DNA from: Coprothermobacterota bacterium
GTDB lineage: Bacteria; Coprothermobacterota; HKB111
Assembly (NCBI GenBank): GCA_037440465.1
Contig: JBBIUB010000005.1
Location: 1 to 64,000 of the forward strand
Direction: 5' to 3'
DNA length: 64,000 nt
Shown here: positions 29,590-40,040 of the stretch, piece after piece
Position numbering within the stretch: the stretch's first letter is position 1
Layout: every line of letters starts with the position of its first letter
Translations under genes and position numbers: made by a program
The notes under the pieces: generated by a model
Told to the model about the DNA's origin: nothing
Databases searched by the model: none
Seen by the model: the letters and a program-made list of their open reading frames with translations, nothing else

Positions 29590-31028
29590 TTTGCCACCCC
29601 CATCCTCACATTTCTGAAACGAGCTGGTACAGTTCCATGTCCCACACGAGCTGTCTGTGGAGGTTCTCCTTTGCCACAGTTGGGTAGTCCCCATACTCTG
29701 AAGTATTGAGGCCCACCAAGCGCATCCAAGTTCCTCCAGAATTCATAAGTGATCCCTGTATAAGTAGGATTTTTATACACCTTACTGAGTTTTCCATTCT
29801 TTATCTCATAAGATATTTCACAACCAAACTGGAAATTCAGTCTTTTATCGTCTATAGACCAGGATTTATTTGTACACATATAAATACCATCTTCTACTTC
29901 ATCTATCATCTCTTCCAGAGTCTTGTTCCCTGGTTCTATATTAATGTTGGTCATCCTTATAATTGGAAGCCTGTTCCAACCATCTGCTCTCATAGAACCA
30001 TTACTATCCAGACCTAATATTGGTGCTGTTTCTCTGGAAGTAAGATAACCAACAAACATTCCTTCCTTTACCAGATAGGTCTTTGTAGCTTTTACGCCTT
30101 CGTCATCATATGCAAAACTACCAAGAGCACCTGGAATAGTGGCATCTTGATACAGATTTACTAAAGAAGAACCGTACTTAAAATTGTTCAACTTATCAAG
30201 GGTTAAAAAGCTTGTCCCAGCATAGCTTGCTTCAGTACCCAGAACCCTGTCTAACTCTGTTGGATGACCACAGGATTCGTGTATTTGAAGAGACATTTGT
30301 TTACCATCCAGTATTAAGGTGGAGACTACAGCTGGCAAAGGTGGTGCGTTAATAAGTTGGTAAGCCTCCTCTCCTGTCTGTTGGGCATAACGAGGCAAAT
30401 CAAGCTCCAAGATAAATTCCCAACCACCTTTCCTCAAATCACCACCGTGAGAATTAGGATAACTCCTCTTCTGAACTTCTCCATTTTTAATAGCATAAGC
30501 TACTATCCCCCCACCGCTCTCAATAAAGGATTGCTCAATATAAGCACCATTTGAAGAGGCAAATACTTTATCTTGCTTAAGGAATTCTAAAGAAGCTTCT
30601 CCAATTTTAATATCTTCTGAAGTATGGAGGAGTTTCTCGGCTTCCATTAACAACTTCACTTTTTCATCAAGAGGAACTCTGAATGGGTCTATAGCTACAG
30701 GATAAACCCACTTATCTACTACTGGTTTAACCTGTGAAAGGTTCACTTTTTTCCCTTTAACAATGGTAGAAGCCTTTGCTATACTTAAAGCTTCTTCTGC
30801 TGTCTTTTTAAAAGATGTACTACTAAAATTAGAGGATGAGCTAAAACCCCATGCTCCTTCGTATAGAACACGAACTCCAAAGCCATAGTCAACAACTACA
30901 GAGGCACTCTCTACTTGTTGGTTCTTAACCCTGATACTCTCGATCTCTCTCTTTACAATACGGACATCAGCATACTCAACTCCGGTAATTGAAAGATGGT
31001 TTAATATTTCCTTTGTTTCACTATTCAT
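29586..31028 (-). CDS. tldD: TldD family metalloprotease
   Basis: HESCGHPTELD, YDDEG, RMTN, CGKGEP. Confidence 0.92.
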   Translation of the reverse strand: MNSETKEILNHLSITGVEYADVRIVKREIESIRVKNQQVESASVVVDYGFGVRVLYEGAWGFSSSSNFSSTSFKKTAEEALSIAKASTIVKGKKVNLSQVKPVVDKWVYPVAIDPFRVPLDEKVKLLMEAEKLLHTSEDIKIGEASLEFLKQDKVFASSNGAYIEQSFIESGGGIVAYAIKNGEVQKRSYPNSHGGDLRKGGWEFILELDLPRYAQQTGEEAYQLINAPPLPAVVSTLILDGKQMSLQIHESCGHPTELDRVLGTEASYAGTSFLTLDKLNNFKYGSSLVNLYQDATIPGALGSFAYDDEGVKATKTYLVKEGMFVGYLTSRETAPILGLDSNGSMRADGWNRLPIIRMTNINIEPGNKTLEEMIDEVEDGIYMCTNKSWSIDDKRLNFQFGCEISYEIKNGKLSKVYKNPTYTGITYEFWRNLDALGGPQYFRVWGLPNCGKGEPPQTARVGHGTVPARFRNVRMGVAK

Positions 31029-31049
31029 TAATATTAATACTCCTCTTCA

Positions 31050-32222
31050 TTATCTCTTTTCGACTAAAACAAACACCAGGTTAAGGAGAAATCCCGCCAA
31101 AGTTGCCAGAGCTAAGGCTGGGATACTCACTCCACCCATTTGGAATATTTCTCCTCCTACTCCTAATCCTATAACAATTGCGGGAACTAACAGATTTTTT
31201 GGTTGAGTAAAATCTACTTCACCAGATACAATTACTTTAAAACCAAGTACGACTACCAAACCCAGGGCTATCATTGTCAACCCTCCCATAACTGCTACTG
31301 GTAAAGTACCAATAAGTGCGGATATTTTATCTAAAAAAGATATTAGTATAGCCAGAATACCTGCAATAAGTATAGGCAGGGAATTTTTTTCTTCAAGGAG
31401 AGCGAGCGAGCCAGCAACTTGACCATAAGGTGTAACAGGTGGAGACCCAACAGCTCCAATAATCAAATTACCCACACCATTTGCTATGAGTGTTTTACTA
31501 AGTCCCGGGTCAATAAATATATCTCTCTGTACTACCTGACTTATAGCAAATACCTGTCCAATATGGTCAACAAGAGGGGCAATAACACCAGGGAGAATAA
31601 GCCAGAGTGCCCTTAAGTCAAATGTTGGGAAAATAAACTCGGGTAAAGCCAAGAAAGGTGTTCCTTTCACTAATTCTAAATCAACACCTCCTCTTAAAAG
31701 AGCTCCTGCTGTGCCAACAAGCACTGCGAGAATAATTGAGTAAGGTCTGGTTTCCTTTCTGAGTGAAAAATATATAAGCGTTAAAACAGTTAAAGCAGAT
31801 ATTAGATAATCAGATTTTACATCCCAAAGCACTCTTGGAAGTAAGGTTAAGCCAGATAGAATAATTACTGAACCGATAAGTATTGGAGGGAAATATTTAG
31901 TAATATTTAAAATCCCGATTCTGTGAAGAATTAGTCCTGTTATGAAATATGCTAATGCGGATGCCATGAACCCAAAAACCAGATTACTTAAAGGTAATTC
32001 AGCTCCAACAGCTCGTATAAGTATAACATAAGCTAATGAAACACCAAGAAAAATCGGTGCTTTTCCCTTTGTAATAATATATAGAATTATTGTAGACACT
32101 CCAGCACCAAGGAAAACAATTTTTGATGGAAGCCCCATTTGACTAGCCCCTAAAACAATTCCACCATAAGCAATTATTATCAATTGTAAGGCAGACCAAA
32201 TATTCCTAACCAAAAAATTCAC
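31050..32222 (-). CDS. NCS2 (uracil/xanthine) permease family, divergent
   Basis: Multi-TM; PIFLG, FPP..IG, DPGL, PP.T.YG, P.AVMGG. Confidence 0.85.
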   Translation of the reverse strand: MNFLVRNIWSALQLIIIAYGGIVLGASQMGLPSKIVFLGAGVSTIILYIITKGKAPIFLGVSLAYVILIRAVGAELPLSNLVFGFMASALAYFITGLILHRIGILNITKYFPPILIGSVIILSGLTLLPRVLWDVKSDYLISALTVLTLIYFSLRKETRPYSIILAVLVGTAGALLRGGVDLELVKGTPFLALPEFIFPTFDLRALWLILPGVIAPLVDHIGQVFAISQVVQRDIFIDPGLSKTLIANGVGNLIIGAVGSPPVTPYGQVAGSLALLEEKNSLPILIAGILAILISFLDKISALIGTLPVAVMGGLTMIALGLVVVLGFKVIVSGEVDFTQPKNLLVPAIVIGLGVGGEIFQMGGVSIPALALATLAGFLLNLVFVLVEKR

Positions 32223-32250
32223 CTCCTAAGATTTATTAATGAAAAATTAT

Positions 32251-33078
32251 TTATACAACAAAGGGTTTTACTTCCACCTCCTCTCCCTCTTTAATGCCTA
32301 ACGATTTCATAGTTTTTTCAAAAATAATCAGGGCTTTTCCAAGTTTTGGCTTGGGTTCAGCCAAGAGAGTTGTCTTACCAAGAATTATCCTTCCATTAAA
32401 AAGTTTTTTTTCTGCCCATTGGTTTATGATATCACGATCAATTTGAACAATATCTGGGGCAGAAGAAAAACTTTTGATAACTGAAAGTTTAACACCCATA
32501 ACATCTTTAGGTTGAGTTATTACTTCTACCTTTTGAGAAAAGGTTGTCCCAACCTTAACTAGTCCTGCTCTAATCAAATTAGGTAAAGTCTGGAGCTCTC
32601 TTATGCCTATATCTTCCTCCTCCATTATGGTTTTTAAATTCCTTCTGGAATGAACAAGCAAAAGAACTCTAAGCTCTAAGCTACTTAAAACAATTTCATC
32701 AAAAGCAGTTCCTACTTCAAGATCTGCATCAGGGTGAGGAAGTAAGCCTTTTATCTCTTCCCAGGTCTTCTGAAGAGATGTCAAGTTAAAAATAAGATCT
32801 TCATGAGATAAAAATATTGATGTATGGTCTGTTGTTTTAGAAGTATCAAATAAAAATGGCCCCTCTTTAAGGGTAACAAGATTCTCAAGCACTTTTTCTC
32901 CCTCTCTTTCTCCATGAGAAACATGAACTGCTTTCCCTTCATCAAAATAAACTCTCCATTCATCTCCAGCTTTTGGACGAAAGATAAGGGCTCCTTTTTT
33001 CTTGGACATGGCAATTAAGTTGATAAGATCAAGGAGGGAAAAATCTTTTAAATCACCTTCTAAAGCCACTGCCATCAC
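32251..33078 (-). CDS. DUF4388 (PatA N-terminal-like) domain protein
   Basis: LEGDLKDFSLLDLINLI....KKGAL...VYFDEG. Confidence 0.8.
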   Translation of the reverse strand: MMAVALEGDLKDFSLLDLINLIAMSKKKGALIFRPKAGDEWRVYFDEGKAVHVSHGEREGEKVLENLVTLKEGPFLFDTSKTTDHTSIFLSHEDLIFNLTSLQKTWEEIKGLLPHPDADLEVGTAFDEIVLSSLELRVLLLVHSRRNLKTIMEEEDIGIRELQTLPNLIRAGLVKVGTTFSQKVEVITQPKDVMGVKLSVIKSFSSAPDIVQIDRDIINQWAEKKLFNGRIILGKTTLLAEPKPKLGKALIIFEKTMKSLGIKEGEEVEVKPFVV

Positions 33079-33277
33079 TCTCCTTTTTTAATTTTATCTA
33101 ACCTGTAATCTAAGGTATTATATCAAAACTAATACCTTCTAAAAAAATGAATTCAATTAAACTTTTAAGAATGCTTGTAATTCCTATAAAACAATATCAT
33201 AAACCTTTATAAATAAATAATTCATCCTATAAAAAAAGCTTGAAATATCTGAATTATAAGCTATTCTTCTTAAATAA

Positions 33278-34036
33278 CTAAAAACTACTAAAGGGGATGT
33301 TGGTAGATAGATGTTCAAGTATTATAGCTAAATCAGAAGGCTTATCAACATCCATTGCAATTTCAGGATAGGGAGATAGCAAACCTTTAACTTTGCATTT
33401 AATTATTTCAGATGCTCTTTTTTCAATTTCCTCAACACTTAGAATGCCAAGTACATAGCGTAAAATGAGATTCCAACCTAATAGAGTAGCAAGCTTTAAG
33501 GGGTTCTTTCGAAATTTTTCTACTTTATAAAAAAGGTCAACAAAATTATATGGAATTGAATGTTTTATAAGTGCTAAATTACCCAGTGTAAATACTCCTT
33601 CTTTTAATTTGCTAAAAGTTCTCTTTGCACAGGGAAAAGCTTGTAAAATTGTTTCCTTATCAGAATAAGGCATAACCAAGTCAGCATTAGTAGCTATTGC
33701 TTCTTTTACGAACCATTCCAGGTGCGTTTTATTTACAAGGGGAACATCGGAACTTGCTACGAGAACATGCTCAGAGCTGGTTTCTTTTATGCTATTTAGA
33801 AGGTTATCAACCATTCTATCGCTTTGTTCAACCTGCACATCGTACCATCCTTGAACAATCTCTCCAACCTCGGAAGAAGCACTTAAGATAATCTTGCCAA
33901 TCAGTTCAGATTCTCTTAAAACTTTAAGAATATAAAGAACCATTGGCTTTCCATCAAGAAGAAGGAGTGACTTAGTTTGAACCTGTCCCTCTGAAATACC
34001 TTTACCTCCTGCCATTACAACAACATCTATTTTCAT
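33278..34036 (-). CDS. MobA-like NTP transferase family protein
   Basis: VVMAGG, KSLL.LDGKPM, SDVP, DVDKPSDL. Confidence 0.85.
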   Translation of the reverse strand: MKIDVVVMAGGKGISEGQVQTKSLLLLDGKPMVLYILKVLRESELIGKIILSASSEVGEIVQGWYDVQVEQSDRMVDNLLNSIKETSSEHVLVASSDVPLVNKTHLEWFVKEAIATNADLVMPYSDKETILQAFPCAKRTFSKLKEGVFTLGNLALIKHSIPYNFVDLFYKVEKFRKNPLKLATLLGWNLILRYVLGILSVEEIEKRASEIIKCKVKGLLSPYPEIAMDVDKPSDLAIILEHLSTNIPFSSF

Positions 34037-34506
34037 AAGGCACCCTTTATTCTATGGTATGTATCAACCAGAGCCTCACCTAAAACTCTGGTATCAGAGA
34101 TTGAAGTCATAAAATTTGTATCTCCTACCCATCGGGGGATAATGTGAATATGGAGATGGTCTTCAATACCTGCTCCTGCTGCTTTACCTATGTTAATGCC
34201 AAGGTTAAATCCCTCGGGTGATAATGAATTTTTTATAGCAGTAACTAATCTTTTAACCAAAAGGCTTATTTCTTGTATCTCTTCCATTGAAAGCTCTTCA
34301 AAACTTATGCCATGCCTGAAGGGTGCCACCATAAGATGACCAATATTGTAGGGAAAAATATTCATTAAAGCAAACGAATATTCTCCTCTAATCAACATCA
34401 TATTCTCCTCATCATCATTTGAGTCTCTTTTTTTACATAAAATACACTCTTTATCTTTCTCTTGTTGAAGATATGTTATGCGCCAGGGTCTAAATAGAAT
34501 CTCCAT
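34033..34506 (-). CDS. HIT family hydrolase
   Basis: PWR..Y, CILC, NIFPY..GHLM, HLHIHIIPRW.GD; ATG 34506 with SD AAGGAG. Confidence 0.93.
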   Translation of the reverse strand: MEILFRPWRITYLQQEKDKECILCKKRDSNDDEENMMLIRGEYSFALMNIFPYNIGHLMVAPFRHGISFEELSMEEIQEISLLVKRLVTAIKNSLSPEGFNLGINIGKAAGAGIEDHLHIHIIPRWVGDTNFMTSISDTRVLGEALVDTYHRIKGAL

Positions 34507-34536
34507 TATATATTCTCCTTTCAATATAATTATATA

Positions 34537-34657
34537 GGATTCAAGAGGTCAAGGGGTCCAGTATTTAAGTGGTGGTAAATTCTAATCTTTCACTTGAACT
34601 TTCGAATCCTTGACTTCTTGAATCCTGTATCTATTCACTCCTTGAACACTTAAATCC
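34537..34657. repeat. Inverted octamer array element, copy C
   Basis: GGATTCAA GAGGTCAA GGGGTCCA GTATTTAA -25 nt- TTGAACTT TCGAATCC TTGACTTC TTGAATCC -16 nt- TTGAACAC TTAAATCC. Confidence 0.85.
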
Positions 34658-34744
34658 AATAATATGTTTTCTACAACCATCTGGTAGAATATTAAGGTAT
34701 ATAAATAAAAATTGACTAAATATTTTTGGAAAGGAGATAGAAAT

Positions 34745-35863
34745 ATGGATCCTCAGCGGGTTATTTTAGCTAAGGGATATATCATACAAAGTACAGTTAT
34801 TAAGGTTGTCAGGTATTTAATGTTCACAACTTACCTATTCTTAATTTTAAAGTTGAAGCTTGCTTTAAAAATTAAAGAGTTGGCTTTCTCAGGAAATGAA
34901 GGATGGTGGACTCCAGGATTATTCATACTATTAGTCCTTTTACCCTTTTTACCCTTAAAAATCTTCTTTGACTGGGCCTTACAATATCATTTACCAAAAA
35001 AATACCATCTAACTAAAGTTAAACCTGTAAAATATATTTTAAAATTAATTCTTTCCACAATTACTTTAGGCTTTATGTTAATGGCTATTGCTACCTTGCT
35101 ATTCTTCAGTTTAAACTTCAAAGATTATTCTTTCATCCCGTCATTTTTACTACCACTGATACCACCTTTGTTTACGGGATTAGCCATCTTTATTGGAAGC
35201 CTCGTCATACCTTTATTTATTCCTATATTTCTTAAACTAAAAAAACTTGATGAAAAATCTCTTAAAAAGATAGGTAAAATACTGGATAAATATAATTTTC
35301 CACGCTGGCAGGCTCAAGTACAAAAAAACACTGAAAGAACCAGTATACTTAAAGCCTTCTTCACTGGTTGGGGTCCTTTTAAAAGGATTGTTTTCTCTGA
35401 AAATCTGATTGAGAACTCCACACCTGAAGAGTTAGAAGTTGTGGCTGCTCACGAGGTTGGTCACTATAAATACGGGCATACCATAAAATCAGCTTTTCTG
35501 GCTTTAATAGCAGTTGCTTCTTACCAGTATGTTCTAACCCCCTTCCTTAAAAGATACAGTCCTGTAATGGGGGCCTCAGCATATCCAGACCTCATCAGCT
35601 TACCTTTGCTTCTCTTACTTGTTTTAATTGCAAATATAGCAGGCGCACCGCTCTTATTAAGCATAATGAGAGAATGGGAACTAAATGTTGATAGATTTGC
35701 TATTAAAAGTACCAGAAACCCAAGGGCTTTTATCTCAATAATGGAAAAATTTGTGGAATTTAATTTACGTGACCCAAAACCTGTATATATTATTAAATTT
35801 TTCTTTTATACTCATCCACCTATTTTTGATCGCATTGAGCTTGCTAAAAAGTTTAAGAAGTGA
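34745..35863 (+). CDS. M48 family (Ste24-like) membrane zinc protease
   Basis: AFFTGWG..KRIV, AHEVGH, THPP...RI; ATG 34745 with SD AAGGAG; extended -10 TGgTAGAAT at 34682-34690. Confidence 0.9.
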   Translation: MDPQRVILAKGYIIQSTVIKVVRYLMFTTYLFLILKLKLALKIKELAFSGNEGWWTPGLFILLVLLPFLPLKIFFDWALQYHLPKKYHLTKVKPVKYILKLILSTITLGFMLMAIATLLFFSLNFKDYSFIPSFLLPLIPPLFTGLAIFIGSLVIPLFIPIFLKLKKLDEKSLKKIGKILDKYNFPRWQAQVQKNTERTSILKAFFTGWGPFKRIVFSENLIENSTPEELEVVAAHEVGHYKYGHTIKSAFLALIAVASYQYVLTPFLKRYSPVMGASAYPDLISLPLLLLLVLIANIAGAPLLLSIMREWELNVDRFAIKSTRNPRAFISIMEKFVEFNLRDPKPVYIIKFFFYTHPPIFDRIELAKKFKK

Positions 35864-35869
35864 TATAAT
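35841..35869 (+). promoter_or_regulatory. Sigma70-type promoter for rpsT
   Basis: TTGCTA-17 nt-TATAAT with extended TGn. Confidence 0.65.
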
Positions 35870-35917
35870 GTACCATTGTTTATTAATATGGAAAATGACC
35901 GGAGGTGTTTTTAAAAC

Positions 35918-36175
35918 TTGGCTAACATAAAATCAGCCATAAAGCGTATAAAGGTGGCAGAGAGAAACACACTAACTAACAAAAGAGCTAAAACAAAGGC
36001 TAAAAATGTTATAAAAAAGTTTCAGCAAGCCATAGTATCAGGTGAAACTGAAAAAGCAGGAGAACTTGCTATAGTTTCTCAGAAAGCTATTGACAAGGCA
36101 TGGAAGAAGGGTGCTTTACATAAAAATACTGCTTCTCGCAGAAAAAGTACCCTTATGAAAAAACTCGCAAATTAA
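35918..36175 (+). CDS. rpsT: 30S ribosomal protein S20
   Basis: MANIKSAIKR, IDKA..KG.LHKNTASRRKS; TTG start. Confidence 0.97.
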   Translation: MANIKSAIKRIKVAERNTLTNKRAKTKAKNVIKKFQQAIVSGETEKAGELAIVSQKAIDKAWKKGALHKNTASRRKSTLMKKLAN

Positions 36176-36187
36176 CTAAACTTTGTA

Positions 36188-36997
36188 TTAAACAAAAGGT
36201 GGAGTAAGGATTTGGCGAATTCGTTCTATCCTTACTCCCTTTCCTTCTTCCCCAATTACCAATAATACTGCTTCTATTACCACAGGGCCTTTTTCAGGTA
36301 CTTCAAATTTATTTGGCATCTGAGTAATAAATCTGTTTATAACTTCTTTTTTATTAACTCCAATAATTGAATCAAGAGACCCTACCATTCCAACATCTGT
36401 GATAAAAAGGGTGTCTGGGGGAATAATTCGCTCATCTGCAGTTTGAACATGGGTATGAGTTCCAACCACAGCAGATACCTTTCCTGAAAGGTAATTTGCA
36501 AGCGCTTGTTTCTCTGATGTTGCCTCAGCATGAAAATCTACCACAATAATAGAGGTTTCTTTTCTCATCAATGTTACAACTTCTTCTGCAACTCTAAAAG
36601 GACAATCAAGACAGGGCATAAAAACCCTGCCTTGAAGGTTTAAAACACCAACTTTGCCCTTCCTTGTTTCTATAAAAGCATAGCCATTACCTGGTACCGA
36701 TGGAGGATAATTCTGAGGTCTTATAAGAAATGGATTTTGATGGAGGTAGTTAAGACTATCTTTCTTATCAAAGACATGATTTCCGGTAGTTAAAAGATGG
36801 ACGCCTGCTTCAAATACTTCTTTAGCAGTAGCTTCTGTTAACCCTACTCCACCGGCTATATTTTCTCCATTGGCTAATACCAGGTCTACTTCATACAGTT
36901 TGATTAACTCTGGTAAAGTTTTTTTTAAGACCTTTCTTCCAGGAGATCCTACAATATCCCCCAGAAAAAGGATTTTTAAAGGGGAGTTATCGAGCAT
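36188..36997 (-). CDS. ymdB: YmdB-like metallophosphoesterase
   Basis: GDIVG.PGR, NGEN, TGNH, DFHAEATSEK, GTHTHVQTAD. Confidence 0.95.
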   Translation of the reverse strand: MLDNSPLKILFLGDIVGSPGRKVLKKTLPELIKLYEVDLVLANGENIAGGVGLTEATAKEVFEAGVHLLTTGNHVFDKKDSLNYLHQNPFLIRPQNYPPSVPGNGYAFIETRKGKVGVLNLQGRVFMPCLDCPFRVAEEVVTLMRKETSIIVVDFHAEATSEKQALANYLSGKVSAVVGTHTHVQTADERIIPPDTLFITDVGMVGSLDSIIGVNKKEVINRFITQMPNKFEVPEKGPVVIEAVLLVIGEEGKGVRIERIRQILTPPFV

Positions 36998-38516
36998 AAT
37001 CAGTAGCTCTTATTTCGCGAATAACCGTAATCTTTATCTGCCCTGGATAACTAACTTCTTTCTCTATGGCTTTAGCAAGATCTCTTGCTATCTTAGATGC
37101 TTGATTATCAGATACTTTCTCTGGTTTTACTATCACCCTTATCTCTCTTCCTGCTTGTACAGCATAAGCCTTCTCAACACCTGAAACAGAATCAGCTAAC
37201 CTCTCAAGAGACTCTAACCTTTTAATATAAGCCTGAACATTCTCTCTTCTGGCACCCGGTCTTACTGCAGATATAGTATCAGCAGCCTGAACAATCACTG
37301 GATAAACACTCCTTGCTTCCTCATCTTCGTGGTGCGCAGCAACTGTATGAATTACTTCCGGAGATTCACCGTACTTCTCAAGTAATCTTGCTCCTACAAG
37401 AGCATGAGGTCCTTCTTCTTCATGGTCTACTGCCTTACCAATATCGTGAAGAAGACCACACTTTTTTGCCATGGTTGGATCAAGTTTTAACTCAGAAGCT
37501 ATTAGAGATGCCAGGTGAGCAACTTCCATTGAATGTTGCAAAACATTCTGGCCATAACTGCTTCTGAAATGCAATCTTCCAAGAAGCTTTATCAGATCAG
37601 GTTTTATTCCTCTTACTCCTGTCTGAAGAACAACCCTTTCTCCTTCGGTCTTTATCTTTTCGTCAACTTCCTTGTGGGCTTTTTCAACAGTCTCTTCAAT
37701 CCTGGCTGGATGAATCCTACCATCTACTATCAATCTCTCAAGAGCTAACCTTGCAGCTTCTCTTCTAATAGGATCAAAAGATGAGATAACAACAGCCTCT
37801 GGAGTGTCATCTACTATTAAATCAACACCTGTTGCAGTTTCAAAAGCTCTAATATTTCTACCCTCGCGTCCAATAAGGCGACCCTTCACATCATCATTTG
37901 GTAAAGAAACAACAGTAACGGTAGTATCAGCAGTATGGTCAAGAGCACATTTCTGAATAGCTGTAGCCAGAATGACCTGAGATTTTCTTAGAACTTCATC
38001 TTCAGCAGTTTTTACTGCTTCCCTAATCTTCATACCCATCTCTTCGCCAAGCTGCAATTCGAGTTTAGAAAGCAATAATTGTCGTGCCTCTTCTTCTGTA
38101 AGACTGCTAAGTTTAAAAAGAACTCCCTTCTCACGCTCAATAGATTCTTTTAATTCCTTTTCTAACCTACCAATATAAGTCTCCTTGTCTTGCAATGAGC
38201 GTTCCTTCTTTTCAATATTTTCCATCCTTCTATCAAGCACTTCATCTCTCTGAAGTAATCTCTTCTCAATCCTGTTTATTTCAGCTTTTTTTTCCCTTAT
38301 CTCAATCTCAACTTCACTCTTTTGCTTTTGAATTTCTTCTTTTGCTTCAAGAAGCATTTCTCTCTTTTTTTCTAAAGTTTCTTTGTAAACTGTTTCAAGA
38401 AATTGACGTTTTTTCTCCTCTTCTTCTTTTCTTTTCAGATAAAACCAGGTAAGTGTCAAACCAAGAGAAATTGCAGCACCTATAATTAATCCATAAATAA
38501 AATAAAACATTATCAA
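36987..38516 (-). CDS. rny: Ribonuclease Y
   Basis: TM anchor, coiled coil, KH motif KGRLIGREGRNIR, HD motif LLHDIGKA. Confidence 0.97.
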   Translation of the reverse strand: MIMFYFIYGLIIGAAISLGLTLTWFYLKRKEEEEKKRQFLETVYKETLEKKREMLLEAKEEIQKQKSEVEIEIREKKAEINRIEKRLLQRDEVLDRRMENIEKKERSLQDKETYIGRLEKELKESIEREKGVLFKLSSLTEEEARQLLLSKLELQLGEEMGMKIREAVKTAEDEVLRKSQVILATAIQKCALDHTADTTVTVVSLPNDDVKGRLIGREGRNIRAFETATGVDLIVDDTPEAVVISSFDPIRREAARLALERLIVDGRIHPARIEETVEKAHKEVDEKIKTEGERVVLQTGVRGIKPDLIKLLGRLHFRSSYGQNVLQHSMEVAHLASLIASELKLDPTMAKKCGLLHDIGKAVDHEEEGPHALVGARLLEKYGESPEVIHTVAAHHEDEEARSVYPVIVQAADTISAVRPGARRENVQAYIKRLESLERLADSVSGVEKAYAVQAGREIRVIVKPEKVSDNQASKIARDLAKAIEKEVSYPGQIKITVIREIRATDYAR

Positions 38517-38995
38517 TCACCTCTCTCTTCCATTGAGAGCTTTCTCATAGCATAATTAACAGCTTCTCGAGAAAACCCTTTTCGTTGAAGGTATGAATAA
38601 ACCCTCTGTCTTTTCTTATCAAAATTTAATTTATTAATAGCTAATTTATTTAAATAATTATTTAAAGCTTTCAAAACAATTTCATTTTCTTTTTCTGATG
38701 AATACAAAGATTCAGCCAGGGAAAAAGAGTCTAAATCAAAACCATTATTTTTAAGAGAGAACAGAAAACCTCTTCTCCCAATTACTTCACCAGCTTGAAT
38801 TCTCTCCCAGGTTCTTCTAACCATTTTTTCTTCATCAATAAAACCTTTTAAGACCAGTTCTGAAACAATACTTTCAGCAGAATCACGACTAAAGCCTTTA
38901 TCTCTCAATTTCTTAAGAAGCAAAGACCTGGGATAATCTTTTAAACTTAACACCCGAAGGGAATATTTAAACCCTTCCTCAAAGGATAGATTCAT
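38513..38995 (-). CDS. recX: Regulatory protein RecX
   Basis: Downstream of recA; KLRDKGF, YLQRKGFS. Confidence 0.8.
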   Translation of the reverse strand: MNLSFEEGFKYSLRVLSLKDYPRSLLLKKLRDKGFSRDSAESIVSELVLKGFIDEEKMVRRTWERIQAGEVIGRRGFLFSLKNNGFDLDSFSLAESLYSSEKENEIVLKALNNYLNKLAINKLNFDKKRQRVYSYLQRKGFSREAVNYAMRKLSMEERGD

Positions 38996-39007
38996 ATAAG
39001 TAAAGGA

Positions 39008-40039
39008 CTAAGATTCCTCAGTTGGGTTTAGAACTGTTGTTGTGCGACTGGCGAGGGCGATTTCCCTTATATTCCCCTCAAGTTTGTTAGCCATCTCAGG
39101 GTGTTCTTCAAGATAAAGCTTGCCATTCTCTTTACCTTGACCAAGCCTTATGTCTCCCCAATAATACCAGGTGCCACTCTTTGAAAGAACCCCGTAATTA
39201 ACTCCTAAATCAAGAAGAGCTCCTGTTTTGGAAATACCTTTACCATATATCAATTCAAACTCGGCTTGTTTAAACGGCGGTGCCACCTTGTTTTTAACAA
39301 CCCTGGCTCTTATTAGTGAACCCATGGTATCTGACCCCTGTTTCAAAGTATCTACTTTACGCAGATCTATCCTCAAGGTAGCATAAAACTTAAGAGCTCT
39401 ACCACCAGGAGTTACCTCTGGATTGCCAACGTGAAAACCTGTTGAAATTTTTTCCCTTAACTGATTAAGAAACAAGGCAGAGGTTCGAGATCTATTAATG
39501 GAGGCTACTAATCTTCTCAGAGATTGAGACATAAGTCTTGCTTGTAATCCCATAAAGGAATCTCCAAAATCACCTTCCAGCTCAGCCTTTGGTACAAGGG
39601 CAGCCACTGTATCAATAATAACCATTTCCACAGATTGGCTTCTCACTAATATCTCTGCGATCTCCAGGGCTTGCTCACCATGGTCGGGCTGAGAAATTAG
39701 GAGATTAGACACATCTACTCCTATGGCCTGAGCATAATTTGGATCCAGTGCATGCTCCGCATCAATAAAAGCTACTATTCCCCCCATCTTCTGGGTTTCA
39801 CTGGCAGCGTGTAGAGCTACTGTGGTCTTTCCAGAGGATTCAGGTCCATAAATTTCAACTATCCTTCCTCTCGGATAACCTCCCGCACCTAATGCAATGT
39901 CAAGGGGCAATATCCCGGTAGGTATCACCTCTATATTAGGAATAGAAGACGAACCAAGTCTCATAATAGAACCCTTGCCATACTGTTTCTCTATCATACT
40001 GAAGGCTTGCTCTAAAGCCTTTTCCCTTTCTATGGACAT
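39008..40039 (-). CDS. recA: Recombinase RecA
   Basis: [33 protein letters not shown]. Confidence 0.98.
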   Translation of the reverse strand: MSIEREKALEQAFSMIEKQYGKGSIMRLGSSSIPNIEVIPTGILPLDIALGAGGYPRGRIVEIYGPESSGKTTVALHAASETQKMGGIVAFIDAEHALDPNYAQAIGVDVSNLLISQPDHGEQALEIAEILVRSQSVEMVIIDTVAALVPKAELEGDFGDSFMGLQARLMSQSLRRLVASINRSRTSALFLNQLREKISTGFHVGNPEVTPGGRALKFYATLRIDLRKVDTLKQGSDTMGSLIRARVVKNKVAPPFKQAEFELIYGKGISKTGALLDLGVNYGVLSKSGTWYYWGDIRLGQGKENGKLYLEEHPEMANKLEGNIREIALASRTTTVLNPTEES

Positions 40040-40040
40040 T

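Noticed and set aside
29590..29694. Long N-terminal extension of the PmbA-like ORF
   Set aside because: Lies inside tldD; the ATGA-coupled start at 29589 is more plausible
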